Of a stretch of DNA of 64,000 nucleotides, positions 19,081 to 28,903 are shown piece after piece. Location of the stretch: positions 80,564-144,563 of the forward strand of contig CAVPGV010000010.1 of NCBI GenBank assembly GCA_963704075.1, written 5' to 3'. Source of the stretch: an uncultured Actinomycetota bacterium (GTDB taxonomy: Bacteria; Actinomycetota; Actinomycetes; S36-B12; UBA10799). The notes below the pieces were generated by a model, which saw only the letters and a program-made list of their open reading frames with translations, made no database searches and was not told the origin of the DNA. Position 1 is the stretch's first letter. Each line of letters opens with the position of its first letter. The position numbers were made by a program, and so were the translations under genes.

Positions 19081-20669
19081 AGTTCGGCCTCCTCGGTCAC
19101 CATGTGTCCATCCACCACCTGGGTCTGCAGACGCACCAGCCACCGGTCGCTGGCATCGGGGAAGTCCTCGCGCCAGTGCGAACCGCGGGTCTCCTCGCGC
19201 AGCAGCGCGGCCTGTGTCAGCGCACGGCCCACGAACAGCAGGTTCGTCATCTCCCAGGAGGCTGTGGACGGTTCCCCCGCACTGACCTGATCCAGCGCGT
19301 CCAGGGTCGTCGACAACGACTGGGCACTGCGCAGCACGCCAGCGCCTTCGGTCATGGATTGCTGGAAGCGGTGCCGGGCACCGGCGTCGGCGGTCCATGG
19401 GCGCTGCTTGTCCACGGGATCCCGGCGCTCGTAGGGCTGACCGGCGAGCACCTCGGCGATCCGGTCGGCGAAGACCAGCCCCTCCAGCAGGGAGTTGCTC
19501 GCCAGACGGTTGGCGCCGTGCACCCCGGTGCATGAGCACTCTCCGCAGGCGTACAGACCTGGCACCGAGGTACGGCCCCACAGGTCGGTCCGCAGCCCGC
19601 CGGAGTGGTAGTGCTGCGCGGGAGCCACCGGGATCAGGTCCAGCCCCGGGTCGATCCCGTGCTCCAGACACGTCGCCAGAATCGTCGGGAACCGCTTGGC
19701 CCAATCGATCTTGCGGCCGTCGAGCCACACGTGCTCGGTTCCTTGGGCTCGCATCGTGCGCATGATTGCTTTGGCCACGACGTCGCGGGGCGCGAGTTCC
19801 TCCAACGGATGCACCCCGGCCATGAATCGGTGACCGGTGTCGTCGAGCAGCACCGCACCCTCACCACGGACGGCCTCCGAGACCAACGGCTGCTGACCGA
19901 TGGCTCTGGGACCCAGGTACATCACGGTGGGGTGGAACTGGACGAACTCCATGTCGGCCACCACCGCACCGGCCCGCATCCCCAGCCCGATGCCATCGCC
20001 GGTGGCCACCGTCGGGTTCGTGGAAGCGGTGAAGACCTGTCCGATCCCACCGGTCGCCAACACCACTGCTGGCGCGAGGATCGCGCCCACGCCGCCGATC
20101 TGCCCCTCGCCCATGACGTGCAACGTCACACCTTGAGTGCACCCCTGATCGTCCTGCAGGAGATCAAGAACCAGGGCATGTTCGATCACGCGGATGCGCT
20201 GGCCGACTTCCGCCACCAGCGCCCGCAGGATCTCGGCCCCAGTCGCATCCCCGCCGGCGTGGGCGATCCGGTCGGTGAGGTGTCCGCCTTCCCGGGTCAG
20301 GGCGATGTCTCCTTCGGGGGTGCGGTCGAACTCCGCACCCCAGCCGATGAGCCGCCGAACAGCGGCGGGACCGGACTCGACCAAGACCCGCACCGCATCC
20401 GGATCGCACAACCCGGCTCCGGCCACGAGGGTGTCGTCCATGTGCGCCTGTGGGCTGTCCCCGGCACCGAGCGCCGCGGCGATCCCACCCTGCGCCCACC
20501 GGGTCGATCCCACGTCGACCAGCGACTTGGTCACCACCACCACCTTCAGGCCGGCACGGGAAGCCCTGATCGCGGTGGTCAGACCGGCGATACCGGAGCC
20601 CACGACGACGACATCGGCGTCGATGAACCAGCCGGGCGGCTCAGCCACCAAGGAGTCGGGCAGTTTCAC
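19077..20669 (-). CDS. nadB: L-aspartate oxidase
   Basis: 530 aa, intact. VVVVGSGIAGL FAD motif, RWAQGGIAAAL, GLYACGECSCTGVHGANRLASNSLLEG. Confidence 0.9.
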   Translation of the reverse strand: MKLPDSLVAEPPGWFIDADVVVVGSGIAGLTTAIRASRAGLKVVVVTKSLVDVGSTRWAQGGIAAALGAGDSPQAHMDDTLVAGAGLCDPDAVRVLVESGPAAVRRLIGWGAEFDRTPEGDIALTREGGHLTDRIAHAGGDATGAEILRALVAEVGQRIRVIEHALVLDLLQDDQGCTQGVTLHVMGEGQIGGVGAILAPAVVLATGGIGQVFTASTNPTVATGDGIGLGMRAGAVVADMEFVQFHPTVMYLGPRAIGQQPLVSEAVRGEGAVLLDDTGHRFMAGVHPLEELAPRDVVAKAIMRTMRAQGTEHVWLDGRKIDWAKRFPTILATCLEHGIDPGLDLIPVAPAQHYHSGGLRTDLWGRTSVPGLYACGECSCTGVHGANRLASNSLLEGLVFADRIAEVLAGQPYERRDPVDKQRPWTADAGARHRFQQSMTEGAGVLRSAQSLSTTLDALDQVSAGEPSTASWEMTNLLFVGRALTQAALLREETRGSHWREDFPDASDRWLVRLQTQVVDGHMVTEEAEL

Positions 20670-21469
20670 ACGGACCTCACTTCCACCGCGCAGTTGTCGA
20701 GCAAGCGGGTCGTCCCGACACGCACGGCGACCAGCAGGCGGCCCTCACCGGGCTGCACGGGTCCCATGTCTGCGGACCGGACCACCGCGTAGTCGACATC
20801 CAAACCGGCCAGCTGTTCGGCCGCGATCGCGACGATGGTGTCGGCGTCGGTCTCCCGGGCCGCCACCCGCAGGGCCCGCGGAATCGCGGCGGCTTGTCCG
20901 CGCTGCTCGGTCGACAGGTAGACATTGCGGCTCGAGCGCGCCAGGCCGTCGGCTTCGCGCGCGGTCTCGACCCCCACGATGTCCACGTCGAGGTCCAGAT
21001 CCATGACCATCGACCGGATCAGCGTCAGTTGCTGGTAGTCCTTCTCACCGAAGAAGGCGTCGTGGGGACGGGTCAGCTGCAGCAGTTTGAAGACCACGGT
21101 CAGCATCCCTTCGAAATGCCCGGGTCGGGCGGCACCCTCCAACTGCGTGCCCAGCACGCCGGGGTTGATCGTCACCAGCGGTGGGCGGCGGTACACCTCC
21201 GCGACCGCAGGGGTGTAGACGGTGTCGACGCCCAGGTTCTCGCACAGTTCCAGGTCCGCCTGCAGGGTCCGGGGATAGCGGTCCAGATCCTCACCCGCGC
21301 CGAACTGCATCGGGTTGACGAAGATCGTGACGGTCACCTCGTCGTCGCGATCGCGGGCCGCCCGGATCAACGACGCGTGCCCTTCGTGCAGGGCTCCCAT
21401 CGTCATCACCACCCCGCGGCGGCCGCCGGAACCGTAGTCCAGCTCTCTGCGGGACTTCACCACCCTCAC
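20666..21469 (-). CDS. panC: pantoate--beta-alanine ligase
   Basis: 267 aa. MGALHEGHASLI (HxGH), FVNPMQFG, FGEKDYQQL, SSRN. 4-nt overlaps with both neighbours. Confidence 0.9.
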   Translation of the reverse strand: MRVVKSRRELDYGSGGRRGVVMTMGALHEGHASLIRAARDRDDEVTVTIFVNPMQFGAGEDLDRYPRTLQADLELCENLGVDTVYTPAVAEVYRRPPLVTINPGVLGTQLEGAARPGHFEGMLTVVFKLLQLTRPHDAFFGEKDYQQLTLIRSMVMDLDLDVDIVGVETAREADGLARSSRNVYLSTEQRGQAAAIPRALRVAARETDADTIVAIAAEQLAGLDVDYAVVRSADMGPVQPGEGRLLVAVRVGTTRLLDNCAVEVRSV

Positions 21470-22323
21470 GAGGGTCCACCCAGAGCGTTCAGGAGCCCCT
21501 CGGCGGCGACCGGTTTGAGCAGGCCGTCGGCCAGCGCCCGGTCCGCGGTCAGCCGGGCCATCGCTATGTAGGCGGCCCGCAGTTGGGGGTCGTCGGCGAG
21601 CACCGCGACGTGCGCGGCCACGGTGCTCGCATCACCGCGGACCACCGGTCCGGTCAGGGCGTGGTAGCCCATGCGCAGGGCATTGTCGAGACTGGCCTGC
21701 AACAAGGGTGTGAGAAGCCGGCCGGGCGTGTCGACACCGGCTTCGGTGAGCATCTCCATCCCCGAGGCGACCAGCGTGATCAGATGATTGGCGCTGTGAG
21801 CCAGCGCAGCGTGGTACACCGGGCGGGCGGCTTCCGGAATCCAGATCGGCTCACCACCCATCTCCACGACCAGCGCCTCGGCGGCCATGCGCAGTGGTTC
21901 TGCCGAGGTGACCGCGAACGGCGCGCCGGACAGCCTGTCTGCGTCCAGACTGGTACCAGTCAGCGTCATGGCGGGGTGCAAGGCGAGCGGCAACGCACCT
22001 TGCGCTTGTGCCGGAGCGAGGACCTTGACGCCGTAGCGGCCCGAGCAATGGACCACGAACTGGCCGGGCTTGAAGTCCAAGGCCTGCACCAAGGCCTCGA
22101 GCGTGTCGTCGGGGACCGCCAGCAGCACAAGGTCGCTGCGCTGCACAACCTCGTCGACGTCCATCAGATCGGCCCCGGGCAGCAGCGTCCGCGCGCGTTC
22201 CCGGGACGTCTCGCTGACCGCATGGGCGGCCACTACGGGGTGCCCGGCGCGCGCGAGGGCGGCGCCGAGGGCACTTCCGGCACGGCCCACACCGATCACG
22301 CCGATGCGTAGGCGAACACTCAC
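21466..22323 (-). CDS. Rossmann-like plus DUF2520 domain protein (conserved panC partner)
   Basis: Start at GTG 22323 (VSVRLRIGVIGVGRAGSALG), overlapping the upstream stop as GTGA. Helical C-domain of DUF2520 type. Rv3603c-like position. Confidence 0.7.
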   Translation of the reverse strand: MSVRLRIGVIGVGRAGSALGAALARAGHPVVAAHAVSETSRERARTLLPGADLMDVDEVVQRSDLVLLAVPDDTLEALVQALDFKPGQFVVHCSGRYGVKVLAPAQAQGALPLALHPAMTLTGTSLDADRLSGAPFAVTSAEPLRMAAEALVVEMGGEPIWIPEAARPVYHAALAHSANHLITLVASGMEMLTEAGVDTPGRLLTPLLQASLDNALRMGYHALTGPVVRGDASTVAAHVAVLADDPQLRAAYIAMARLTADRALADGLLKPVAAEGLLNALGGPS

Positions 22324-23168
22324 GCAGGCGAGCCTACCGATGAGACCTCGGTGATCAGCCAGTCGAACGCCCCAAAGCCGCTGCGATCGCGCAGAGCCGC
22401 GAGTTCCGCCGCCTGTTGCGCGTCGGCCGGGGGCCGACCGGCGAGGACCCTGTGCTGCGGGATGACGCGGCCGCCGGTCCGTTCCCGGCACGATCGCAAC
22501 TCCACGCCGGCGCAGATGTCCGTGCACCCGTCGGGAACCGGCGGCGACCTGCGCCCGGCCCGGTGACCCACCGGCGCACCCGGGCGGAAATCCACCGCAA
22601 TCGCCTCGCCCACCTCGACCGACGCGACCAGGTGCGCCCACACCTCGTCGCGGCTCCTGCCGACCAAGCCGGTGTCGCCGCCGGTCCACGTGTGCAGCCA
22701 CTGCAGGTCGTCCGGCGCGGCCGGCCCGCCGAGGGTGAAGTCGGTCAGTTGTACGCGACCGTCCACCACGTATTCGGCGGGAACGTCGTCCAGGAACTCG
22801 TGCGCGAACATCAGGCCCGCGAACCGGGGCACACAGTCTGGTGCAACACCCTGGATCCAGCGCACCGGCAGGTCCACCGGCGCCGGACGGACGTCCACCC
22901 CCACGAGGTGTGCCGCCGGGAATCCCAGGTTCAGCAGTTGTCGCAGCAGCAGGCCGTCGCCCGCCCCGACGTCCACGATCCAGGGGGCAGGGATCCCGTG
23001 GCGACGTGCGGCGGCGCGGCAGCGTTCGAGGACGACCCTGGCCACGTGCTCACCGACGCCGATGGACGTGGCGAAGTGCTCCTCAGCGAGGTGACGCCGC
23101 GAGAAACCGTCAGCGGACTGATGGGTCCATTCGATTGCTTCGGACCAGGTCAGGCGTCGCGCATCCAT
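22320..23168 (-). CDS. putative SAM-dependent methyltransferase
   Basis: 282 aa. VDVGAGDGLLLRQL motif-I-like segment. The family assignment is weak. Confidence 0.5.
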   Translation of the reverse strand: MDARRLTWSEAIEWTHQSADGFSRRHLAEEHFATSIGVGEHVARVVLERCRAAARRHGIPAPWIVDVGAGDGLLLRQLLNLGFPAAHLVGVDVRPAPVDLPVRWIQGVAPDCVPRFAGLMFAHEFLDDVPAEYVVDGRVQLTDFTLGGPAAPDDLQWLHTWTGGDTGLVGRSRDEVWAHLVASVEVGEAIAVDFRPGAPVGHRAGRRSPPVPDGCTDICAGVELRSCRERTGGRVIPQHRVLAGRPPADAQQAAELAALRDRSGFGAFDWLITEVSSVGSPA

Positions 23169-24601
23169 CGTGTGCTCCGGTCGGAGGCACGCGCGGCCCG
23201 CATGTGCACGATCTCATCGTCCAGCATGGCCTGCGCCTGCTCGAGCCCGAAGTGTTCCCACACCGCCACGATCCGTCCCGGTGGGAGATCGAGGTGGACG
23301 CTGGCCAGATCGAGGCTGCGTTCCCACGGACCCTGGGTCAGCCGCACGGACTGAACACGCGCGTGGTGCACGATCTGGGTCCGCCGGGTGACCCGTCCCC
23401 GCTTCAGCACCGCCACCTGGGAATCGACACCGGCGGCGAGGTGGCGCCACTGGATCGGCGACCGGCGACGGACCCTGCGCGGCGGCGTCTGCAACGGCAC
23501 GTCCTGTGGCGCGGTCCCCGGCATGATGCGCGCGAAGAGTTCCTCGGCGACCGCCCGCGGTGCCACGGGCAGGAGCACTGATTCGGTGCCGGTGTCATCA
23601 TCGTCCTTGGCCAGTCCGGCCACGGTGACGTACAGCCTGACCCACCCACGGCGGCGCCAGAAGAGCGGTTCGACGAACTCGACCGCCGACACCCGGCCCG
23701 GCGGGATGGTCCGGGCCTGGGTCTGCAGCAACCCGTGCCGAAGCCGCACACCATCGGGCGATTCGGCCACTGAGAAGTTGTACAACTGGCTGAACTCGGT
23801 GAAGACCATCAGCAGTGGCACACCACCGAGGATGACGGTGAAGATGCCGCCCCAGCCGCTGGCCCAGACGGTCGATATCACGATCAGAATCGTCGCCAAG
23901 ACAAGGAAGACGGTCACCGCGCGGAGCAGCAGCGAGACCAGCAGATCCTTCGTGGGAACCACCAGCAAGGGTTGTTCCGGGGCCTCGCCGGCGTCGTGCT
24001 CCAGGCCGGCGGACCGCGCGATGATCTCACTGCGCAAGGCATCGGCGTCGGCGACCGTCAAGTACTGCAGATCAGCACGCGAGTCACCCGCGCCCGCCAC
24101 CTCGATCCGCAGCGCCGCGAAACCGAACACCCGCGCCACCAGCGGCCGGTTGACGTCGACCGTCTGCAGACGGGACAGCTGCATGCGGCGTTCCTGATGG
24201 AACACCACGCCGGACTGCACGCGCAGATCGCCGTCCTCGTCGAACCAGTAGGCAAGCCGGCGGTAGGCCAGGAACTCGTAGACCAACACGACCAGCGAGA
24301 TCAGTAGGGTCAGCCCGATCAGGATCAGGATGCCGAAGGGTTGCGAAAGGATCGACTGACCGCCGGCGATGAGCATGAAGAAGAACAGCGCCGGGAGGTA
24401 TGTCGACACCCGGACCAGTGGGGTCACCGGATGGACGTGACGCTTCGCCGTCGAGCCCGGCGGCACCTGATCCGGTGGTGCGGCGTGATCCGGCGGCGCG
24501 GGTTGGTACTGCGGCTCTGGTGGCGGCGGCGGGGAGGGTTCCGGGGCTGGTTGCGGATTTTGATCCAGACCCGGGTCCGGTTTGCGCGCGTCGTCGCTCA
24601 C
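23150..24601 (-). CDS. YdbT-like membrane protein with repeated bacterial PH (bPH_2) modules
   Basis: Start at GTG 24601 (GTGA overlap with the upstream stop). Pro-rich N-tail, then TM pairs followed by PH-like modules (LAYWFDEDGDLRVQSGVVFHQERRMQLSRLQTVDV and two more). Confidence 0.7.
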   Translation of the reverse strand: MSDDARKPDPGLDQNPQPAPEPSPPPPPEPQYQPAPPDHAAPPDQVPPGSTAKRHVHPVTPLVRVSTYLPALFFFMLIAGGQSILSQPFGILILIGLTLLISLVVLVYEFLAYRRLAYWFDEDGDLRVQSGVVFHQERRMQLSRLQTVDVNRPLVARVFGFAALRIEVAGAGDSRADLQYLTVADADALRSEIIARSAGLEHDAGEAPEQPLLVVPTKDLLVSLLLRAVTVFLVLATILIVISTVWASGWGGIFTVILGGVPLLMVFTEFSQLYNFSVAESPDGVRLRHGLLQTQARTIPPGRVSAVEFVEPLFWRRRGWVRLYVTVAGLAKDDDDTGTESVLLPVAPRAVAEELFARIMPGTAPQDVPLQTPPRRVRRRSPIQWRHLAAGVDSQVAVLKRGRVTRRTQIVHHARVQSVRLTQGPWERSLDLASVHLDLPPGRIVAVWEHFGLEQAQAMLDDEIVHMRAARASDRSTRWMRDA

Positions 24602-25098
24602 AGCCCCGCCGAACGCTGCTCGCCCTTGGCCGCGAGCCGGTCGCGCAGTTGCGCCGCGACCTCTGGGGCGAGACCGGGGATGGCGGCATCTGAGGAGGCG
24701 GCGGCGGTGTGCAATTGCACCGATGTGAGTCCGAAGGCACGGTCGAGCGGGCCGGCGGTCACGTCGACGAATTGCAGCCGACCGTAGGGCACCACGACAA
24801 GCCGACGGAACCAGATCCCGCTGCCCACGACAAGATCGTCGTCGCGCTCGGCGTACCCCCAGGAGCGGACACGTCGGCCCACCCACGGCCAGCCGATCAC
24901 CAGGATGGCAACGGCAGCCACGGCGATCAGGGCGGGGACCCACCGCGGCGCGGGGGTCAGGGCGACGACAATGGCCGCGATCAGCACCACTCCCGCGAAC
25001 AGCGCGAGGATCAGCCGCCTGGCAACGATCAGCTTCGGAGACAGGGACTGCCAGATGCCACCACCGGGCCGAAACGCCACATCCACCTTGGAAGCCAT
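24598..25098 (-). CDS. YdbS-like membrane protein with one bPH_2 module
   Basis: Start at MASKVDV (25098). Two TM helices, then GIWFRRLVVVPYGRLQFVDVTAGPLDRAFGLTSVQLHTA. Confidence 0.7.
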   Translation of the reverse strand: MASKVDVAFRPGGGIWQSLSPKLIVARRLILALFAGVVLIAAIVVALTPAPRWVPALIAVAAVAILVIGWPWVGRRVRSWGYAERDDDLVVGSGIWFRRLVVVPYGRLQFVDVTAGPLDRAFGLTSVQLHTAAASSDAAIPGLAPEVAAQLRDRLAAKGEQRSAGL

Positions 25099-25178
25099 GT
25101 CCCTGAGTCTAGGCCGCTTCGCCGCGGGGTCCAGGTTCGCGCCTGCGAGCGCCGTCCGATCTGACAGCATGGGCCCTC

Positions 25179-26201
25179 GTGGAGTTCCTCGACATCCCGT
25201 TACCGGCATCGCACCCCGCCGGGCACGGTTTGTTGCGCATCCGCGGAACCGTCGTCGACGGCACCGTCGAACGTGCTGAGGTCGTCACCGGACTGATGCA
25301 CCGGGGCGCGGAGAAGTTGTTCGAGTCACGGGACTACCGGCAGATCCTCTCACTGGCCAACCGGCACGACTGGCTCAGCAGTTTCGACGGCGAACTCAGC
25401 GCCGCCAGAGTGATGGAAGAGGCCCTGGGCATCCCCGTCCCGCCCCGCGCCGAGGCTGCCCGGACCGCGATCAGTGAACTCTGCCGGGTCAACCATCACC
25501 TCTACTGGCTCGGCGAGACGGTGGCGGCGCTCGGCGGAGAGGCGACGCGGCTGCGCGTGGCAAGGGCTGCTGTGACGCACGCGCTCGACCTCATCACCGG
25601 CGCTCGTATGCACCTGATGATCGTGCGGATCGGCGGGCTCAGTATGGACGTCACCGACGACTGGAGGTCCGATCTCCCGCTCGAGCTCGCTGCGCAGGCC
25701 GCGGTCGACTGCCTCGACGGGATCGCGGACCGCCTTGAGGGTGTGGCAGTCCTCACTCGGGAGCAGGCCGTCGAGTACGCGACCAGTGGCGTCGTCGCCC
25801 GTGCCAGCGGCTGGGCACGCGACCAGCGCGATCATGTGGGACCGGTGGTCGGCGAATCCGGTGATGCGGTAGCGCGCATGCAGTGCCTGGCACGTGAGGT
25901 GCAGGTCTCCTGCGAGTACCTCGGGGCACTGCACCTGCCCCCCGGCGAGGTCTCCACCAGACTTCCGCGGACGATCCGGCTGCCAGAAGGTGAGTACTAC
26001 GGCGCCAGCGAGACCGCCTCCGGGGTCAACGGCTGGTGGATCGTCTCCCGCGGTGACGTCGTGCCGTGGCGGATGAAGATGCGCACCGCGAGTTTCAACA
26101 ACGCTGCGGCCCTCGGAGCGTGCCTGCCCGGCACGCGGGTCGAGGATCTGCCGGTGGCCCTGATGAGTTTCCTGCTCGTCGCCGGGGACATGGACAAGTA
26201 G
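25179..26201 (+). CDS. stand-alone NuoD-like protein (complex I 49-kDa / NiFe-hydrogenase large-subunit fold)
   Basis: 340 aa. SHPAGHGLLRIRGTV, VTGLMHRGAEKLFESRDYRQ, CRVNHHLYWLGE, ITGARMH, PEGEYYGASETASGVNGWWIVS, PWRMKMRTASFNN and SFLLVAGDMDK track the conserved NuoD blocks. It is shorter than NuoD, and no other nuo gene is nearby. Confidence 0.7.
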   Translation: MEFLDIPLPASHPAGHGLLRIRGTVVDGTVERAEVVTGLMHRGAEKLFESRDYRQILSLANRHDWLSSFDGELSAARVMEEALGIPVPPRAEAARTAISELCRVNHHLYWLGETVAALGGEATRLRVARAAVTHALDLITGARMHLMIVRIGGLSMDVTDDWRSDLPLELAAQAAVDCLDGIADRLEGVAVLTREQAVEYATSGVVARASGWARDQRDHVGPVVGESGDAVARMQCLAREVQVSCEYLGALHLPPGEVSTRLPRTIRLPEGEYYGASETASGVNGWWIVSRGDVVPWRMKMRTASFNNAAALGACLPGTRVEDLPVALMSFLLVAGDMDK

Positions 26202-26459
26202 GGACGCGGGCCTTTCATCGCGCCCTTGGGCGAACCCCAGGTCAACAACCGCACTGAGCGGGTTCGCGAACGCATGGGCGCGAAGCACGATTCAGCGCCC
26301 GCCCGGGACGGAGTGTGCGAACATCTGTGCACTCAATCAGCAAATAGCTGCAACTTCCCGGACAACCTCCGCACCGAACGCCAGCCGGGCTGTCGTCGTA
26401 CCCACCGCAACTCAGCGCACGAAGCCGCGCCCAGCCACCTGCAGCGAAGCACCCCAGCG

Positions 26460-27413
26460 TCAGGACAGCAGCCCCTGCTCGGTGAGCCACTGCTCGGCGA
26501 CCTTCTGCGGAGACTGCCGATCGATCTCGACCTGCGAGTTCAGTTGCTGCAGCTCATCGGTGGTCAGGGCAGCTGAGACCTCGTTGAGGGCCGTCGTGAT
26601 CGTGTCCGTCACGGCGGGCGTGTACAGCGCGGGCAGGATGTTCTCCGCGGTCTGCAAACCCTTGTCGTCCTCCAGCACCACCAGGTCGTTCGCCGCGACG
26701 GAACCCGATGACGAGAACACCAACCCGACGTTCACCTTGTCCTGCTTGAGGGCCTGGATGGTCAGCGGACCACCGGCGTCGAGCGGAACGAACGAGCCGA
26801 CGTCGACGTTGTAGGTCTCTTCGAGCCCGGGCTGGCAGAACGGCCGCTTCGGGCACTCGGGCGGGCCCCCCAGGGTGATCGGGGACTGCTGCGAGTAGGT
26901 TCCCAACTCGCTGAGCGTGGACAGCCCGTTCTGGTCGGCGAACGCCTGGGTGACGGCGAACGCGTTCTGGTCCTGGGCGGCCGACGGCTCGAGCAGGGTC
27001 AGATCCATGGGTTCGGCGAGCTTCTGCGCCTCCGCGTAGGTCGCCTGGGCATCGCCGGTGGCGATCTGCGCGGCGTCCGTGCCGTTGGCCTCCTTGTTGA
27101 GGAACTCGGTGAGGCTGCCCAGGTACTCGGGGGTCAACTGCACCTCACCCTGCTCGAGCGCGGGGATGATCACCTCGCGGGTGGTGAGTTCCTTGATCGA
27201 GGCTTCCACCCCGTTGGCCTGCAAGACCTGTTGATACATCGAGGCCAGGATCTTGGTCTCGGAGAAGTTCGTGGTAGCAACCACGATCGGACCGCCACCG
27301 CCGCCGGGCGAGGCGCCATCGGTCGAATCACCGCTGTCCGACGAACACCCCGTGATCACGAGGGCTGCCGCCGCCAGAAGTGCCAGTTTTGCTGTCCGTC
27401 GTCCAGGAATCAT
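26460..27413 (-). CDS. glycine betaine/choline-type ABC transporter substrate-binding lipoprotein
   Basis: Start at MIPGRR (27413). Lipobox LVITGCSS. OpuBC/OsmF-type binding domain (VVATTNFSETKILASMYQQVL .. VVLEDDKGLQTAENILP). Confidence 0.8.
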   Translation of the reverse strand: MIPGRRTAKLALLAAAALVITGCSSDSGDSTDGASPGGGGGPIVVATTNFSETKILASMYQQVLQANGVEASIKELTTREVIIPALEQGEVQLTPEYLGSLTEFLNKEANGTDAAQIATGDAQATYAEAQKLAEPMDLTLLEPSAAQDQNAFAVTQAFADQNGLSTLSELGTYSQQSPITLGGPPECPKRPFCQPGLEETYNVDVGSFVPLDAGGPLTIQALKQDKVNVGLVFSSSGSVAANDLVVLEDDKGLQTAENILPALYTPAVTDTITTALNEVSAALTTDELQQLNSQVEIDRQSPQKVAEQWLTEQGLLS

Positions 27414-27459
27414 TCGCCCATACAACCACAAACGACCGTGATGACGTCAACGACGCCGG

Positions 27460-28170
27460 TCACGCAGGGGCGGGGGCCGCCGGAATCTCCTGGGCCTCGA
27501 TCTCTGAACGGGTCAACAATCGCAGTCCCTTCGGCGTCACGGTGCGCTGAACGAATGCCATCACGAGTTCAGCCAGCACCGCCAACAGGGCAGTCAGGAT
27601 CGCGCCAGCCAGGATCAGCGTGTTGTCCTGCAGTGCGAAACCGTCGACGACGTAGCGTCCCAGCCCACCACTGCCGACCAGGGCCGCCAAGGATGCTGTT
27701 GCCACGACCTGCACAGTCGCGGTCCGGACCCCAGCCGCGATCAAGGGAACCGCCAGGGGTATCTCGACCTTGGTCAGGATGCCGGTGCCTCCCATCCCCA
27801 TACCGCGGGCGGCATCCTGCACCTCGTCATCCACTGAGGCGATCCCCGTGTAGGTGTTGGTCAGTAGCGGGGGGATGGCGAACAGGGCCAATGCCAGCAC
27901 GGCCGCGAGGTTGCCGATACCGATCGACGGGATGGAGGCCAGGATGGTCAACACGCCGAGTGTCGGGACCGCCCGTCCCACGTTGCCGACGTTCGTGGCC
28001 AGGAACGCACCTTTGCGCAGATGGCCCAGCGTCAGGGCCACAGGCAGCGCGACGACCAGCGCGATGGCCATGGCGAAGAAGCTGATCTGGATCTGCTCCC
28101 AGGTTCGCACCGGGATCCCGTTCTCCCCGGTCCAGTTGGCCGGGTCGGTGAACCACGAGATGAGATTCAT
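27460..28170 (-). CDS. ABC transporter permease (betaine/choline type)
   Basis: Start at MNLISW (28170), sharing one base with the upstream stop (TGATG). Permease loop DAARGMGMGGTGILTKVEIPLAVP. Confidence 0.8.
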   Translation of the reverse strand: MNLISWFTDPANWTGENGIPVRTWEQIQISFFAMAIALVVALPVALTLGHLRKGAFLATNVGNVGRAVPTLGVLTILASIPSIGIGNLAAVLALALFAIPPLLTNTYTGIASVDDEVQDAARGMGMGGTGILTKVEIPLAVPLIAAGVRTATVQVVATASLAALVGSGGLGRYVVDGFALQDNTLILAGAILTALLAVLAELVMAFVQRTVTPKGLRLLTRSEIEAQEIPAAPAPA

Positions 28171-28847
28171 CAGGTCGCCTGCTTCCTGGTCCAGGGCACG
28201 CTGACGCGTTCGATCACCAGCAGCAGAACCTCGAACAGGACCGCCAGCAGGACGCAGCACACCGTCGCGGTCAGGATCTGTGCGTGCCAGAAGTTGTTCT
28301 GGAAGCCCGACAGGATCAACGTCCCGAACCCGCCGTACCCGACCAGCGCCCCGATCGTGACCATGCCGACCGTGCTGACCGTGGCGATGCGAATTCCCGC
28401 CAGGATCGTGGGCAGCGCCAATGGCAGCGAGACCCGTGTCAGGATCTGCCGATCCGTCAAACCCATCCCGTTGGCGGCGTCCAGGACGTCAGCGGGCACC
28501 TCCTGCAGTCCGACCACCATGTTCCGCAGGACCACGAGCAGCGCGTACACGGCCAGCGCGATGATCACCGTCCACGGGCTGAGCCCGAAGACCGGCCAAA
28601 GCAGGGAGATCAGCGCCAGGGAGGGAATCGTGTACAGAACCCCGGAGAGCCCAAGGATCGGACCGGACAGTTTCGGTGACCTCCGGATCAGCATCGCCAA
28701 CGGGACCGCGACGACCACCGCGAGGATCACGGATCCGACGGTGAGGTAGATGTGCTCTTGCCCCGCAGCCACCAATTCCGACCAGTTGTCCTGCACGTAG
28801 GACCACGAGATCCACGGATTGCTCGCATCCGCGACTGTCGCCGACAT
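28170..28847 (-). CDS. ABC transporter permease (betaine/choline type)
   Basis: 225 aa. Permease loop DAANGMGLTDRQILTRVSLPLALP. Polytopic. Confidence 0.8.
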   Translation of the reverse strand: MSATVADASNPWISWSYVQDNWSELVAAGQEHIYLTVGSVILAVVVAVPLAMLIRRSPKLSGPILGLSGVLYTIPSLALISLLWPVFGLSPWTVIIALAVYALLVVLRNMVVGLQEVPADVLDAANGMGLTDRQILTRVSLPLALPTILAGIRIATVSTVGMVTIGALVGYGGFGTLILSGFQNNFWHAQILTATVCCVLLAVLFEVLLLVIERVSVPWTRKQAT

Positions 28848-28871
28848 GTGCTCGACCGTAGCGCAGGAAGG

Positions 28872-28903
28872 CCGCAGAAGTCACCGAGCACCGGCTTCTG
28901 CGG
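28872..28903. promoter_or_regulatory. perfect 9-bp inverted repeat in the divergent promoter region of the ABC transporter
   Basis: CCGCAGAAG (28872-28880), 14 nt, CTTCTGCGG (28895-28903). It lies in the 70-bp gap between the divergent permease (start 28847) and ATPase (start 28918) genes. Confidence 0.35.

Noticed and set aside
17422-21469. Absence of panD taken as loss of beta-alanine synthesis
   Set aside because: This cannot be judged from one window, because panD may be encoded elsewhere. Only the local synteny difference is reported.
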